64,000 bases of DNA, from assembly GCA_038244765.1 (NCBI GenBank), contig JBBRTC010000003.1:1332-65331 (forward strand), read 5' to 3'. Below the pieces are notes generated by a model, which had not been told where the DNA came from, searched no databases, and saw only the letters and a program-made list of their open reading frames with translations. Positions within the stretch are counted from its first letter, which is position 1, and every line of letters begins with the position of its first letter. Shown here piece by piece: positions 36,398-46,254 of this stretch. This stretch comes from Candidatus Nanopelagicales bacterium (GTDB taxonomy: Bacteria > Actinomycetota > Actinomycetes > S36-B12 > JBBRLC01). The translations under genes were made by a program, and so were the position numbers.

Positions 36398-37255
36398 TCA
36401 GGGTGCGGCTTCGACGAGTCTGCGTTGCTCGGCCACGTTGAAATCGGCGGGCGGGTACTGCAGCGCCATTGTCTCAAGCGCCCCGAGAAGAAGATGTGCC
36501 ACTGCCCAGTTGCGATACCACTTGGAATCCGAGGGGACGACGTACCAAGGCGCGACGTCGGTCGTGCACTTCTCCAGCGCGTCGGAGTACGCCGTCGAGT
36601 AATCGCCCCAGCGCGCCCGCTCGGCAAGATCGGCCGCGTTGTACTTCCAATATTTCGTTGGATCGTCAAGGCGAGCGAGCAGCCGCTCCTTCTGCGCCTT
36701 AGGGGAAATGTGGAGCATGCACTTGACCCACACAACTCCGTCGTCGCTATGACGGTGCTCGAATTCGTTGATGCGCTCATAACGCGTCGACAACTCTTCC
36801 TCGGGCACCATCTTGTGAACACGCACGATGAGTACGTCCTCGTAGTGCGACCGATTGAAGATGCCGACGTAACCCGGTTTGGCGACCGCGTTCTCGATCC
36901 GCCATAGGAAATCGTGACGCCGCTCCTCGGCGGTCGGTGCCTTGAACGAATAGACAGCGACCCCTTGCGGATTCAAGGAGCGGGTCACCTGGCGGATCGT
37001 GCCGTCTTTCCCGGACGTATCCATTCCCTGCAGCACGAGCACGACTCGCCGCTCACCACCGCCAACAGATTCGGCCCAGAGTCGCTCCTGCAATCCCTCA
37101 AGCCGTGAGTCGAGATCAAGGAGTTGAGTGGCCGCTTGGCCCTTGTCCGATTGCCCGGGTGTCGCTCGCGTGTCGAGGTTGGCGAATTTCGTTTCGCCGG
37201 GGACAAACCGCAGCGCATCGGCAACCGCGCTGGCCCGATCGAGTGCTTGATCCAC
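36398..37255 (-). CDS. Polyphosphate kinase 2 (PPK2) family protein
   Basis: VVLVLQGMDTSGKDGTI (Walker A-like) and FNRSHYEDVL. GTG 37255 was chosen because the longest start at 37384 overlaps the divergent neighbour. Confidence 0.8.
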   Translation of the reverse strand: MDQALDRASAVADALRFVPGETKFANLDTRATPGQSDKGQAATQLLDLDSRLEGLQERLWAESVGGGERRVVLVLQGMDTSGKDGTIRQVTRSLNPQGVAVYSFKAPTAEERRHDFLWRIENAVAKPGYVGIFNRSHYEDVLIVRVHKMVPEEELSTRYERINEFEHRHSDDGVVWVKCMLHISPKAQKERLLARLDDPTKYWKYNAADLAERARWGDYSTAYSDALEKCTTDVAPWYVVPSDSKWYRNWAVAHLLLGALETMALQYPPADFNVAEQRRLVEAAP

Positions 37256-37356
37256 GTGCGCTCCCCCAAGTCGGGTCGATCGAAAATGCCGGTACGGGCG
37301 ATCACCGCGACCGTAGCCGGTACGCAGCTTCGACGTGCCAAGATCGAGGGGTGCGC

Positions 37357-38124
37357 ATGCTCTTGCCCGACCCTCGTGGCCCACTTGATGATGACGACAT
37401 CGACGCGGCGTACGCCTGGCCCGCGCAGCCGTGGCTGCGCGCGAACATGGTCGCCACCGTTGACGGGGCCGCCCACTCCGCTCAGGGCACCTCCCGCGGG
37501 ATCTCCTCGGATTCGGATCGCAAACTCTTCGCCGCGCTGCGCGGCCTCACCGACTTCATCTTGGTCGGCGCTCAGACAGTCCGTGCCGAAAACTACCGGG
37601 CGGCCAAGCCCAAACCCGAGTACGCCGAGCGCCGAACTACCAATGGTCAATCCCCCGCGCCCACGCTCGCAGTCGTGAGTAGGTCGTTGAACTTGCCGTT
37701 GGAATCGCCGCTATTCACCGATGGCGGCGACGGCATTGCGACTCCGATCGTGATAACGACCCTCGATGCTGATCCTGCGCGGCGACGAGCACTACCGGAT
37801 TCCGTCGAGGTGCTCTCGTACGGCGAGGGCCAGGTCGACTTGACCGGTGCGCTTGGGGAGTTAAGCAGGCGCGGACTTGGTCGCATCCATTGCGAGGGCG
37901 GACCCCACCTCCTCGGCGAACTGATCGGCGCTGGTCTTCTCGACGAACTGTGTTTGACGATCAGTCCTCAGTTGGTCGGCGCGACAAACGGCGAACTGAT
38001 CGGTCGGGTCGCAGTGCCACCGGCCCGGACCTACCCGGACGTTGATCTCACCGTGGGTCACCTTCTTGAAGACGACGGATCCCTGTTCGCTCGTTACCTC
38101 GTGAATAGTCGGAACAACCAATGA
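37357..38124 (+). CDS. RibD C-terminal domain / dihydrofolate reductase-like pyrimidine reductase family protein
   Basis: ANMVATVDGAAHS...SDSDRKLFAALRGLTDFILVGAQTVRAENY. ATG 37357 is preceded by GAGGGG. Confidence 0.7.
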   Translation: MLLPDPRGPLDDDDIDAAYAWPAQPWLRANMVATVDGAAHSAQGTSRGISSDSDRKLFAALRGLTDFILVGAQTVRAENYRAAKPKPEYAERRTTNGQSPAPTLAVVSRSLNLPLESPLFTDGGDGIATPIVITTLDADPARRRALPDSVEVLSYGEGQVDLTGALGELSRRGLGRIHCEGGPHLLGELIGAGLLDELCLTISPQLVGATNGELIGRVAVPPARTYPDVDLTVGHLLEDDGSLFARYLVNSRNNQ

Positions 38125-38137
38125 CCAGGAGCCACAC

Positions 38138-39259
38138 ATGACCGTGCCGGTTCAGATGTCACTACCGGTTCAGTTCCCGGTCTCCCCCATGCTGGCCAAG
38201 CCCACGAAGGGCGTACCGGCCGCGGATTCAGTCGCGGGCGGATTGTCGTACGAACCGAAGTGGGATGGCTTCCGGATGCTCGTCTTTCGTGACGGCGAGG
38301 ACATCGCGTTGCAGAGCCGCAACGGTGAGGATCTGACCTACTGCTTCCCGGAGATCCTCGAACCGTTGCGGCAGTCCACACCGGATCGATGCGTGCTCGA
38401 TGGCGAACTCGTCATCGCCCACGACGGGCGATTGTGGTTTGAAGAATTGACCGGCCGTATCCGTCCCCGCAAGGAAGCCGGCGGCTGGAAGATCGATGAA
38501 CTCGCCGCCAAATTCCCTGTCTCGTACGTCGGTTTCGACCTCCTCGCCCTTGGAGACGAGTCACTTCTCGGCACTGCGTTTCGCGCCCGCCGCTCGCTAC
38601 TCGAGACGACGCTCGCGAACCCGCAGCCGGGCGTACACATCACACCGTCCACCGGTGACGAGGCCGTCGCCGCGCAGTGGTTCGGCCAATTCGAGGGCGC
38701 CGGACTAGATGGGCTGGTCTGCAAGCCGTGGGATGGCCTTTACCAGCCTGGTGTGCGATCCCTGCTCAAAGTAAAACATTCGCGTACGGCCGACGTGGTT
38801 GTCGCCGGGTGGCGAGCCCACAAGAATCCGGGGCCCGACGGTTCGCCTATGGTCGGGTCACTCCTACTTGGCCTGCATGATGCCCGTGGCTTTCTCAACC
38901 ACGTGGGCGTCGCGTCGTCATTCACGGCCGTACGCCGCCACGAACTGATCGCATTGCTGGCGCCCTACGAGTCCGACGTCTCCGACCATCCGTGGTCCGC
39001 ATGGGGCGGCTCCGGCGATACCGAGGCAGGGCGTCGTCCCGGTGGTGTTTCCCGCTGGACTGGCGGCAAGGACTTGTCATTTACGTTGCTACGCCCGGAG
39101 TTGGTCTGCGAAGTCGCCTATGACCACATGGAAGGCGATCGGTTCCGACACACGACTCAGTTTCAACGGTGGCGCCCTGATCGGACTCCGCAATCATGCA
39201 CATACGACCAGTTGGAGCGCCCCGTCACGTTCGACATCGACACGATCCTTCACCGGTGA
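38138..39259 (+). CDS. ligC: ATP-dependent DNA ligase, LigC-type (ligase domain only)
   Basis: Adenylation motif I YEPKWDGFR, plus nucleotidyltransferase and OB domains. No fused polymerase or nuclease domain. Confidence 0.85.
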   Translation: MTVPVQMSLPVQFPVSPMLAKPTKGVPAADSVAGGLSYEPKWDGFRMLVFRDGEDIALQSRNGEDLTYCFPEILEPLRQSTPDRCVLDGELVIAHDGRLWFEELTGRIRPRKEAGGWKIDELAAKFPVSYVGFDLLALGDESLLGTAFRARRSLLETTLANPQPGVHITPSTGDEAVAAQWFGQFEGAGLDGLVCKPWDGLYQPGVRSLLKVKHSRTADVVVAGWRAHKNPGPDGSPMVGSLLLGLHDARGFLNHVGVASSFTAVRRHELIALLAPYESDVSDHPWSAWGGSGDTEAGRRPGGVSRWTGGKDLSFTLLRPELVCEVAYDHMEGDRFRHTTQFQRWRPDRTPQSCTYDQLERPVTFDIDTILHR

Positions 39260-39307
39260 TCGAGGAGCAGTTTTCGCTCGCCCGGGCACCGGTGAAGGAG
39301 TGCAGTT

Positions 39308-40573
39308 CTAGGCGCGACCGGTTGCGGTTGCGCGACGACGCGACAACGCGTCGACGCCAGCTGCCAGAAGCAGCACCACGCCGGTGACCATGTAGACGAC
39401 GGCGGCAGGCTGATTGAGCAGCCCCATGCCGTTGGCGACGACAGCGACAACGAGCCCACCAATAATCGCGTCAATGGGTCGACCCTTGCCGCCGAAGAGG
39501 CTCGTACCACCGATAACCGCCGCACCGACGGCGAACAGAAGCGTTTCGCCGCCACCCGAACTGGGCGTGATCGAGTTGACCCGGCTGGCGAGCAGGATGC
39601 CGGCGATCGCGGCGACGGACGAGCAGATCACGAAGCACATCAGCCTGATGAACGGCACGTTGATACCTGCTCGTCGGGCTGCTTCGGCGTTCCCGCCCAC
39701 GGCGTACACGTGTCGACCGAACGTGGTGCGGTGTAGAAGGAACGTGAGGACAACGAGCAGGACCAGGAGAAGGGGGATGGCGAATGGCACGCCGATGATG
39801 GAGGTGATCGCCGGGTTCCTGCTGCGCTCGACGTTGAGGTAGTAGGTGCAGAGCCCCAACAGGACGGCGAGGCTGACGACCTTCAACACCCAGACCGACA
39901 TTGACGAAGTGACGAGACCCTTGGACCGCCGGATCCTCATCGCACGATAGGTGACCCCCGCATAGCCGAGGACTATGAGGGCGTAGAGCGCCCAACCCCA
40001 CCCGGGCGTCATGGTATTTCGCATGATGCCTAGGAGGGTCTCGCTCTCAATCGGGATCGTGCCACCCTCGCCGATGATCTGCAGCAGTACGCCCTGCAGC
40101 GCCAAGAACATGGCCAGTGTTACAACGAAGGAAGGTATTCCGACTCTTGAAACGAGCAAACCGATCAGCAGTCCGATGAAGGCACCGGTGGCCAGACACA
40201 CCAGCACCGCAGCCCACCACGGCCAGTCGTGCCGGGTCGCCGCCACCCCCAACATTGCGCCCGCAACACCGGCGGTGAAGCCCGCGGACAGGTCGATCTC
40301 GCCAATCAGCAGCACGAAGACAAGGCCCATGGCGATGACGATGACCGCGACGCTCTGAATCAGCAGGTTCGCGAAGTTGAACGGGTTCGTGAATGTCTCG
40401 GGGCGCAACGACGCGAACACGATCAGCAGGGCAACCAGTCCGAGGATCGCGGGGAGTGGACCGACGTCGCCCCCACGCACGCGAGCGAGGTAGTCGCGCG
40501 CAGAATCTGCCAACCCCATCTCCGGGACAGTTTCCGCGTTCTCCAACTCCTTGTCCATCATGGTCTGGCTCAT
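39308..40573 (-). CDS. Sugar ABC transporter permease (XylH-like)
   Basis: 421 aa polytopic protein resembling the branched-chain/monosaccharide permease family. 4-nt overlap with the ATPase. Confidence 0.8.
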   Translation of the reverse strand: MSQTMMDKELENAETVPEMGLADSARDYLARVRGGDVGPLPAILGLVALLIVFASLRPETFTNPFNFANLLIQSVAVIVIAMGLVFVLLIGEIDLSAGFTAGVAGAMLGVAATRHDWPWWAAVLVCLATGAFIGLLIGLLVSRVGIPSFVVTLAMFLALQGVLLQIIGEGGTIPIESETLLGIMRNTMTPGWGWALYALIVLGYAGVTYRAMRIRRSKGLVTSSMSVWVLKVVSLAVLLGLCTYYLNVERSRNPAITSIIGVPFAIPLLLVLLVVLTFLLHRTTFGRHVYAVGGNAEAARRAGINVPFIRLMCFVICSSVAAIAGILLASRVNSITPSSGGGETLLFAVGAAVIGGTSLFGGKGRPIDAIIGGLVVAVVANGMGLLNQPAAVVYMVTGVVLLLAAGVDALSRRRATATGRA

Positions 40574-41457
40574 GAGTTGCCGCCCTCGTCAGAAACGATC
40601 GGATCGACGGTTGGAAAGGCGTCGACGGGAAGCGCCCCGAGATTCCCAGCCGGCTCCACCCCCACCGACTCGCCCTCGGACACCAGCTTGCCGCCCGTGA
40701 TGAGTTCAACGACCTGCGCGTGTGTAACGTCTTTGGCTTGGACGTGCGCCGTCAACCGGCCGAGGTAGAGAACGGCGATATCATCGGCCACCGCGAGCAC
40801 GTCATTCATATTGGGGCTGATCAGGATGACGGCGAGGCCGCGGTCGGCCAGGCGACGAACGAGTCGCAGGACCTGCTCGGTCTGCGCGACACCGAGTGCG
40901 GCGGTCGGTTCGTCCAGGATCACAAGTTTGGAGTTCCACAACACAGCTCGCGCGATGGCCACAGTCTGGCGTTGACCACCGGACAGGCTAGCCACCTTCT
41001 GTCGAACTGACTTCACCGTCCGCACGGACAAACCGGCGAGGGTCTCCGAAGCGCGGCCCTCCATGGTGATCTCGTCAAGCGTTCCAACGCTGGTCAACTC
41101 ACGGCCAAGAAACAGGTTTTGGACGATGTCCAGGTTGTCGCAAAGGGCGAGGTCCTGGTAAACGACCTCGATTCCGAGCGCGTTTGCCTGCTTCGGCGAC
41201 GTCACGTGGACCCGTTCGCCCTCGAAGTGGTACTCGCCGCCGTCAAACGCGTAAATCCCTGCGATGCCTTTGATCAGCGTGCTCTTGCCGGCGCCGTTGT
41301 CACCGACGAGTGCGGTCACCTTCCCGAGCCTGAATTCGATGTCGACGTCTTTGAGGACTTCAACGGCCCCGAAGCTCTTGTTGATCCCCCGCAGAGTGAG
41401 CAACGGTTGACCGTCTTGAGGTGGGGCTAGTTCTCCGGCGGAGGCAGTGATCGTCAT
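40570..41457 (-). CDS. Sugar ABC transporter ATP-binding protein (single ABC domain)
   Basis: Walker A GDNGAGKST, signature LSGGQRQTVAIA, Walker B LVILDEPTAALG. Confidence 0.88.
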   Translation of the reverse strand: MTITASAGELAPPQDGQPLLTLRGINKSFGAVEVLKDVDIEFRLGKVTALVGDNGAGKSTLIKGIAGIYAFDGGEYHFEGERVHVTSPKQANALGIEVVYQDLALCDNLDIVQNLFLGRELTSVGTLDEITMEGRASETLAGLSVRTVKSVRQKVASLSGGQRQTVAIARAVLWNSKLVILDEPTAALGVAQTEQVLRLVRRLADRGLAVILISPNMNDVLAVADDIAVLYLGRLTAHVQAKDVTHAQVVELITGGKLVSEGESVGVEPAGNLGALPVDAFPTVDPIVSDEGGNS

Positions 41458-41498
41458 CGGACCTCACAAAGGACGTTGGGGCGCAAACACTACCGAAA

Positions 41499-41537
41499 GG
41501 CGGGAGTCAGGCACTAGGAAAGTGCCTAACCCCCGCC
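41499..41537 (-). terminator. Two-tier stem-loop between the binding-protein and ATPase genes (possible attenuator/mRNA stabiliser)
   Basis: GGCGGG...AGGCACT-aggaaa-GTGCCT...CCCGCC; on the transcribed strand it is followed by TTTCGG. Confidence 0.4.
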
Positions 41538-41559
41538 GTCTCGCTAACTAGCTAACTCG

Positions 41560-42681
41560 CTAGGACAGGCCGAGCGTCGTGCACTGCGCCGCGTAATCCG
41601 GCGTACATACCTTTGCGACGGTCGTGTAGTTCGCGTCGAAAGGCACCTTGATGTTCGCCTTGGTGATCCAGACAGGCGTGGCAAAACCGGACTTGACCGG
41701 CTTGTTAGCGATCGTGTCCGTCACCGTGCTGGTGGCCAAAGCATCGGCACCAGGCGTGTCACCGGCAGCCATCTTGACGGCGATGTTGGCAGCAAGCGTT
41801 GCCTCGATCGCTGTGTCCTTGAAGACGGTGCCGCACTGCGTACCTGCAATGACGCGCTGCAGTCCTGGGTCGGAGGCGTCCTGACCAGTGACCGGCACCT
41901 TGCCGGCAAGCTTGTTGTTGCCCAGCACGGTGACAATTCCACCGGCCATCGTGTCGTTGGCCGACACCACACCATCGACCTTGCCGTTGTTGGCCGTGAA
42001 GAGCTGCTCGAAGGTCGTCTGAGCAACCGTAGCGTCCCACTTGCCAGTCTGGTCGCCGACGATCTTGTACGCGCCCGAGTCCACCTTTGGCTTCAACGCT
42101 TCAACGTAGCCCTGCTTGAACAGCGACGCGTTGTTGTCTGTCGGGTCACCATTGATCAACACGACGTTGGCGCTGGTCTTGCCGCCAGCCGTGAGGCAGT
42201 CGGTCAGACCCTGGCCCATGAGTTTGCCAACCTGGACGTTGTCGAAGGATACGTAGTAGCTCGCGTACCCGCCGAGTGTGAGCCGGTCGTAGTCAATGCT
42301 CTTGATGCCCGCATCCAGCGCCTTCTTCTGGCACGCCGCTCCACTCTGTGAGTCGATGTTTACGATCATCAGGACCTTGACGCCCTGGTTGATCAGTCCG
42401 TCACAGATGGACGCGAACTTGGTCACGTCTTTGGTGGCGTTTTGGATAACGGCTTCGTAGCCGCCGGCCGTAATGGCCTTCTCCAGGTTGGGTCGGTCAG
42501 TTGACTCCCAACGCGGCGACGATGCTGCGTCCGGGAGGATGACGCCGATCTTTCCGCCGCTGGCTGGAGAACTCGAACCACTACTTGTCCCTGAACTACT
42601 ACACGCTCCAAGAAGGAGAGTGACGACCGCGAGCCCTGCCACGGTCAATGATCGCTTTGCCATTGTCGTCCTTTCCTGCAT
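41560..42681 (-). CDS. Sugar ABC transporter substrate-binding lipoprotein (XylF-like)
   Basis: Lipobox LLGACSS. KIGVILPDAASSPRWESTDRPNLEKA...GVKVLMIVNID...IDYDRL resembles D-xylose-binding proteins. Confidence 0.8.
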   Translation of the reverse strand: MQERTTMAKRSLTVAGLAVVTLLLGACSSSGTSSGSSSPASGGKIGVILPDAASSPRWESTDRPNLEKAITAGGYEAVIQNATKDVTKFASICDGLINQGVKVLMIVNIDSQSGAACQKKALDAGIKSIDYDRLTLGGYASYYVSFDNVQVGKLMGQGLTDCLTAGGKTSANVVLINGDPTDNNASLFKQGYVEALKPKVDSGAYKIVGDQTGKWDATVAQTTFEQLFTANNGKVDGVVSANDTMAGGIVTVLGNNKLAGKVPVTGQDASDPGLQRVIAGTQCGTVFKDTAIEATLAANIAVKMAAGDTPGADALATSTVTDTIANKPVKSGFATPVWITKANIKVPFDANYTTVAKVCTPDYAAQCTTLGLS

Positions 42682-42859
42682 GTCTGCCCATGCGTTGGCC
42701 GAGCCGCAGATGGCTCCGCCACGTGCAGATTCGGTCGACCGTCGCCATCGACAATCGGAGTAATACAGGGGGAACCTATTCCGGTGTGATCAAGTCCGCG
42801 CGTCGAAGCAGTGAGCATCACGTAACGATTCGGTCGCGCTCGGCTGGGAGGCGAGGCGT

Positions 42860-43930
42860 TCACTCGTCGGCGGAAAGTTGAACGATATGGCCGGTAGCGG
42901 CGCTCTCCCGAGCTGCCGCTATCACGTGCAACCCACGAATAGAGTCACGAGCATCGACGGGGACGACCCCGTCCCCGCGTACGGCGGCAGCGAAGGCCGG
43001 GTAGTACGTATCCCAGCGACCTCTCTCGCTGGGGACTCTTTCGGTTTGAGCTTCTCCGCGCCTTATCTCGCCCCAGGCCGATTCCGGTTCTATCCCCCAC
43101 GTCGCGCCTTCGGCGGCAGGACTTCGGCCTTCCTTCAACGCTGCTTCCTGTCCGTCTAAACCATCGACGGCGTACGCGCCGGCGGTACCTGACACCACGA
43201 ATCGCCGTCGGGAGTCTCCCGCGGTCCAGCTACAGATGAGGTGGGACGTGAATCCCGATTGGTGGGTCAGCGCGAGGAAGACGTCGTCGTCGCGCCCCTC
43301 CTGATCAGGTCGTACGCGCAACTCGCCATAGACCGAGGACACCGGACCGAAGAGAAGCAACGCCTGATCGATGAGGTGCGTTCCGAGATCGAGGAGCGTG
43401 CCGCCCCCCGCGCGCCGCGGTCCCCGCTCGGGAGCGAAGCGTTCAAATCGGGATTCGAAACGGGTGAGGGTGCCGAGCGAGTCGGCGTGGATCAGCTTTT
43501 GCACCGTCAGCAGATCCGAGTCCCACCGACGATTTTGAAACACGCTGATCACAGCATGATCGCGCGCGGCATGGTCGTAGGCCGACTGGGCACTCTGCGG
43601 ATCTAGCGCGAAGGGTTTGTCGCAGACGACAGCCAAACCGAGGTCGATCGCCTGATGCACCAACTCAATGTGGGTTTCGGCAGGAGTGGAAATCGCCACG
43701 GCTTCAACGCCGAGCCGGATCAAGTCCGGGAGCGAATCGACACACTGAGCGCTCGGATGCTCGGCCTGAGCAGCTGCGCGTCGGTCGGGATTACGAGTGA
43801 CTATCGCGACCAATTCGCAGTTTGTTGCCGCCGCGATGAAGGGCGCGTGAAAAGTGCGACCACCGAAGCCGTAACCGATTAGCCCGATGAGGACAGGGGG
43901 CTGCGTCATATTCGTGATACTAGGAGTCAC
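42860..43930 (-). CDS. Gfo/Idh/MocA family oxidoreductase
   Basis: N-terminal Rossmann fold IGLIGYGFGGRTFHAPFI and EKP-like CDKPFAL. Confidence 0.85.
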   Translation of the reverse strand: MTPSITNMTQPPVLIGLIGYGFGGRTFHAPFIAAATNCELVAIVTRNPDRRAAAQAEHPSAQCVDSLPDLIRLGVEAVAISTPAETHIELVHQAIDLGLAVVCDKPFALDPQSAQSAYDHAARDHAVISVFQNRRWDSDLLTVQKLIHADSLGTLTRFESRFERFAPERGPRRAGGGTLLDLGTHLIDQALLLFGPVSSVYGELRVRPDQEGRDDDVFLALTHQSGFTSHLICSWTAGDSRRRFVVSGTAGAYAVDGLDGQEAALKEGRSPAAEGATWGIEPESAWGEIRRGEAQTERVPSERGRWDTYYPAFAAAVRGDGVVPVDARDSIRGLHVIAAARESAATGHIVQLSADE

Positions 43931-45042
43931 TTCCTCGGACGGTCACGGTCTCGCGAGGGTTGGACGCGTTTCGGCTCGCCTGCCATCTTCGGATAGTCCG
44001 GCGGATAGGGCATATCGGCGAGTCCGTGATCGCGTTCGTCGCGCTCGTACCACTCCAAAAGAGGGGTCAGGTCGTGCGCGACGTCATTGATGCTCGCGTG
44101 CAGATCACCGAGCTCGGCGAATCGCGGCGCCACCGTACGTACGGTGAAATCTCCTGGCGCGACCTGCGGGACTTCATCCCACGTCACGGGTGTCGACACC
44201 AACGCACCTGGTCGCGCGCGGACAGAGTACGCCGAAGCGATGGTTCGATCGCGCGCATTTTGGTTGTAGTCGATGAAGACGGTCTCGCCTCGTTCTTCCT
44301 TCCACCACAGCGTCGTCACCTGCCCGGGCATACGACGCTCGAGTTCGCGGCCAAGTGCGATCGCTGCGTGGCGCACGTCGGTGAACGTCCAGCGCGGTTG
44401 GAGCCGTACATAGATGTGGATGCCACGCCCGCCGGAGGTTTTCGGGAAACCGATCCACCCGAGTTCATCGAGTACCGCGCGGGTTTCGCCTGCGACTCGA
44501 ACGCAATCGCTGAAATCGGTACCGGGTTGCGGGTCGAGGTCGATGCGCAATTCATCGGGATGGTCGACATCGGCGCGGCGTACCGGCCACGGATGAAAGG
44601 TAATCGTGCCAAGGTTTGCCGCCCAAGCAATCACCGCTGGTTCCGTGGGACAGACCTCGTCGGCGGTACGGCCGGACGGAAAAGTGATGTGCGCGGTCTC
44701 GACGTAGTCGGGAGCACCGGAGGGGATCCTCTTCTGATAGAAGGCCTCTCCCTTAGCTCCGTCACGTGTCGCCATCTTGACGTCGGGACGTACGCCGGAG
44801 GGCCATCGCTCCAACGTGGTGGGACGTTCGTAGAGGGCACGCAGGATGCCGTCGCTCACCGCGATGTAGTGCTGAACCACGTCGAGCTTGCTCACGCCAA
44901 CGTCAGGGAAGTACGGCTTGTCCGGATTGCTGACGCGCACAAGGCGTCCGGCAACCTCCAACTCAATCGCCGGAACATTCGCTTTCACCACCCCCCTACC
45001 CTCCCGCAAATCCTCGATAAAGGTGCCAAATTTGCACGACAA
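43927..45042 (-). CDS. Stand-alone LigD polymerase-domain protein (AEP primase-polymerase, Prim-PolC-like)
   Basis: VSNPDKPYFPD, LERWPSGV, DPDELRIDLDP, KTSGGRGIHIYV and FIDYNQNARDRT are diagnostic of the NHEJ PolDom family. Confidence 0.85.
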   Translation of the reverse strand: MSCKFGTFIEDLREGRGVVKANVPAIELEVAGRLVRVSNPDKPYFPDVGVSKLDVVQHYIAVSDGILRALYERPTTLERWPSGVRPDVKMATRDGAKGEAFYQKRIPSGAPDYVETAHITFPSGRTADEVCPTEPAVIAWAANLGTITFHPWPVRRADVDHPDELRIDLDPQPGTDFSDCVRVAGETRAVLDELGWIGFPKTSGGRGIHIYVRLQPRWTFTDVRHAAIALGRELERRMPGQVTTLWWKEERGETVFIDYNQNARDRTIASAYSVRARPGALVSTPVTWDEVPQVAPGDFTVRTVAPRFAELGDLHASINDVAHDLTPLLEWYERDERDHGLADMPYPPDYPKMAGEPKRVQPSRDRDRPRK

Positions 45043-45062
45043 CCGATGGGCTGCCAGGCATC

Positions 45063-45713
45063 ATGACGATCATGAATTCCGCTCTCCTTGCACCGCTTAT
45101 TACCGGTGCCCTGCTCGGCGCATTTGCCGCTGCACAAGTCGGTCCGATGTGGCTGATGTGTGCGCGGACGTCGGCTCGCTTTGGCTTCCGCAGCGGTGCC
45201 GCACTGGGCGCGGGTGTGGCCTCCGTCGATCTCGCGTACGCCGTACTCGGATCCCTCGGCGCAGCCGCACTCTTGCGAATCACGCCGCTTCGGCTCGCGC
45301 TCGGCCTCGTCGGCGCCCTTGTCTTGATCTGGATCGGTGCGCGCAGCATCCATACCGCGCTTCGGTTGCGGATCGGCGCGGTATCTGACGACGAAGTGAT
45401 GCAACCCGCGCGAGCGTTCCGGACGGCCGTGGTGGCGACCGCGTCGAACCCACTGACAATTCTGACGTGGGGTGCCGTCTTCGGTGGCGCCGCGGTCGCG
45501 GACGTCACCGGGTCACCGGAGCGAGCCATTGCCTTCATCGTGGGAATTGGCGTGGGTTCGTTGGCGTTCCATCTGAGCCTGGCCGGGATCATGTCCCTCA
45601 TTGGTGGGCGACTGACCGACCGGGCAGCCGCGCTCGTCGACGCGGCGAGCGGTCTTGGTTTGGTGACGTTCGGCGGCTTGCTCGCTTACCGAACGGTTAC
45701 CAACCCGCAGTGA
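45063..45713 (+). CDS. LysE family amino-acid exporter
   Basis: Six-TM 216 aa protein; [16 protein letters not shown] motif region. Confidence 0.75.
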   Translation: MTIMNSALLAPLITGALLGAFAAAQVGPMWLMCARTSARFGFRSGAALGAGVASVDLAYAVLGSLGAAALLRITPLRLALGLVGALVLIWIGARSIHTALRLRIGAVSDDEVMQPARAFRTAVVATASNPLTILTWGAVFGGAAVADVTGSPERAIAFIVGIGVGSLAFHLSLAGIMSLIGGRLTDRAAALVDAASGLGLVTFGGLLAYRTVTNPQ

Positions 45714-45792
45714 CCCCACTTCCGCGGGCTCCGACGGCGATTCCCCGGGTACGGTCGTCCACGTGAGTTGGCTCTCAAGGAAGTGGTGGCGC

Positions 45793-46236
45793 ATGAGTAG
45801 CACCGATATGTCCGAGACTAAGCCCGACGGCACGCCCTACGTCGTTGCTCGCACCGACGAGGAGTGGCGCGCGCAACTGGCGCCCGAGGAATACCAGGTG
45901 CTGCGGCAGGCTGGAACCGAGAGAGCCTTCACCGGCGAGTACACCGACACCAAGACACAGGGCGTCTACTCGTGTCGCGCCTGCAACGCGGAGCTCTTTC
46001 GATCAACCGAGAAGTTCGATTCGCACTGCGGCTGGCCGTCGTTCTTCTCCCCGCTCGCGGGGGACGCGATCGTTGAGATCGAAGACCGTTCGATGGGGTC
46101 AGTGCGTACCGAAGTTCGCTGCGCCAATTGCGGCTCGCATCTGGGGCACGTCTTTTCGGGCGAGGGTTACGGCACTCCCACCGACCTGCGCTACTGCATC
46201 AACTCGGTATCGCTCAAGCTCGAACCCGTCGAATAG
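45793..46236 (+). CDS. msrB: Peptide-methionine (R)-S-oxide reductase MsrB
   Basis: CRACNAELF...CGWPSF...[12 protein letters not shown]...RYCINS (two CxxC pairs and the catalytic Cys). Start is ATG 45793 or 45808. Confidence 0.9.
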   Translation: MSSTDMSETKPDGTPYVVARTDEEWRAQLAPEEYQVLRQAGTERAFTGEYTDTKTQGVYSCRACNAELFRSTEKFDSHCGWPSFFSPLAGDAIVEIEDRSMGSVRTEVRCANCGSHLGHVFSGEGYGTPTDLRYCINSVSLKLEPVE

Positions 46237-46254
46237 GCGCGCTCCGAGCGGGGG

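Noticed and set aside
42645-42863. 72-aa minus-strand ORF filling the spacer between the Gfo/Idh/MocA gene and the sugar-binding protein gene; its GTG overlaps the upstream stop (GTGA).
   Set aside because: My hand count of third-position GC is only ~55 percent. The sequence is Arg/Pro-rich and it runs into the start of the SBP gene. It is more likely a promoter/operator spacer.
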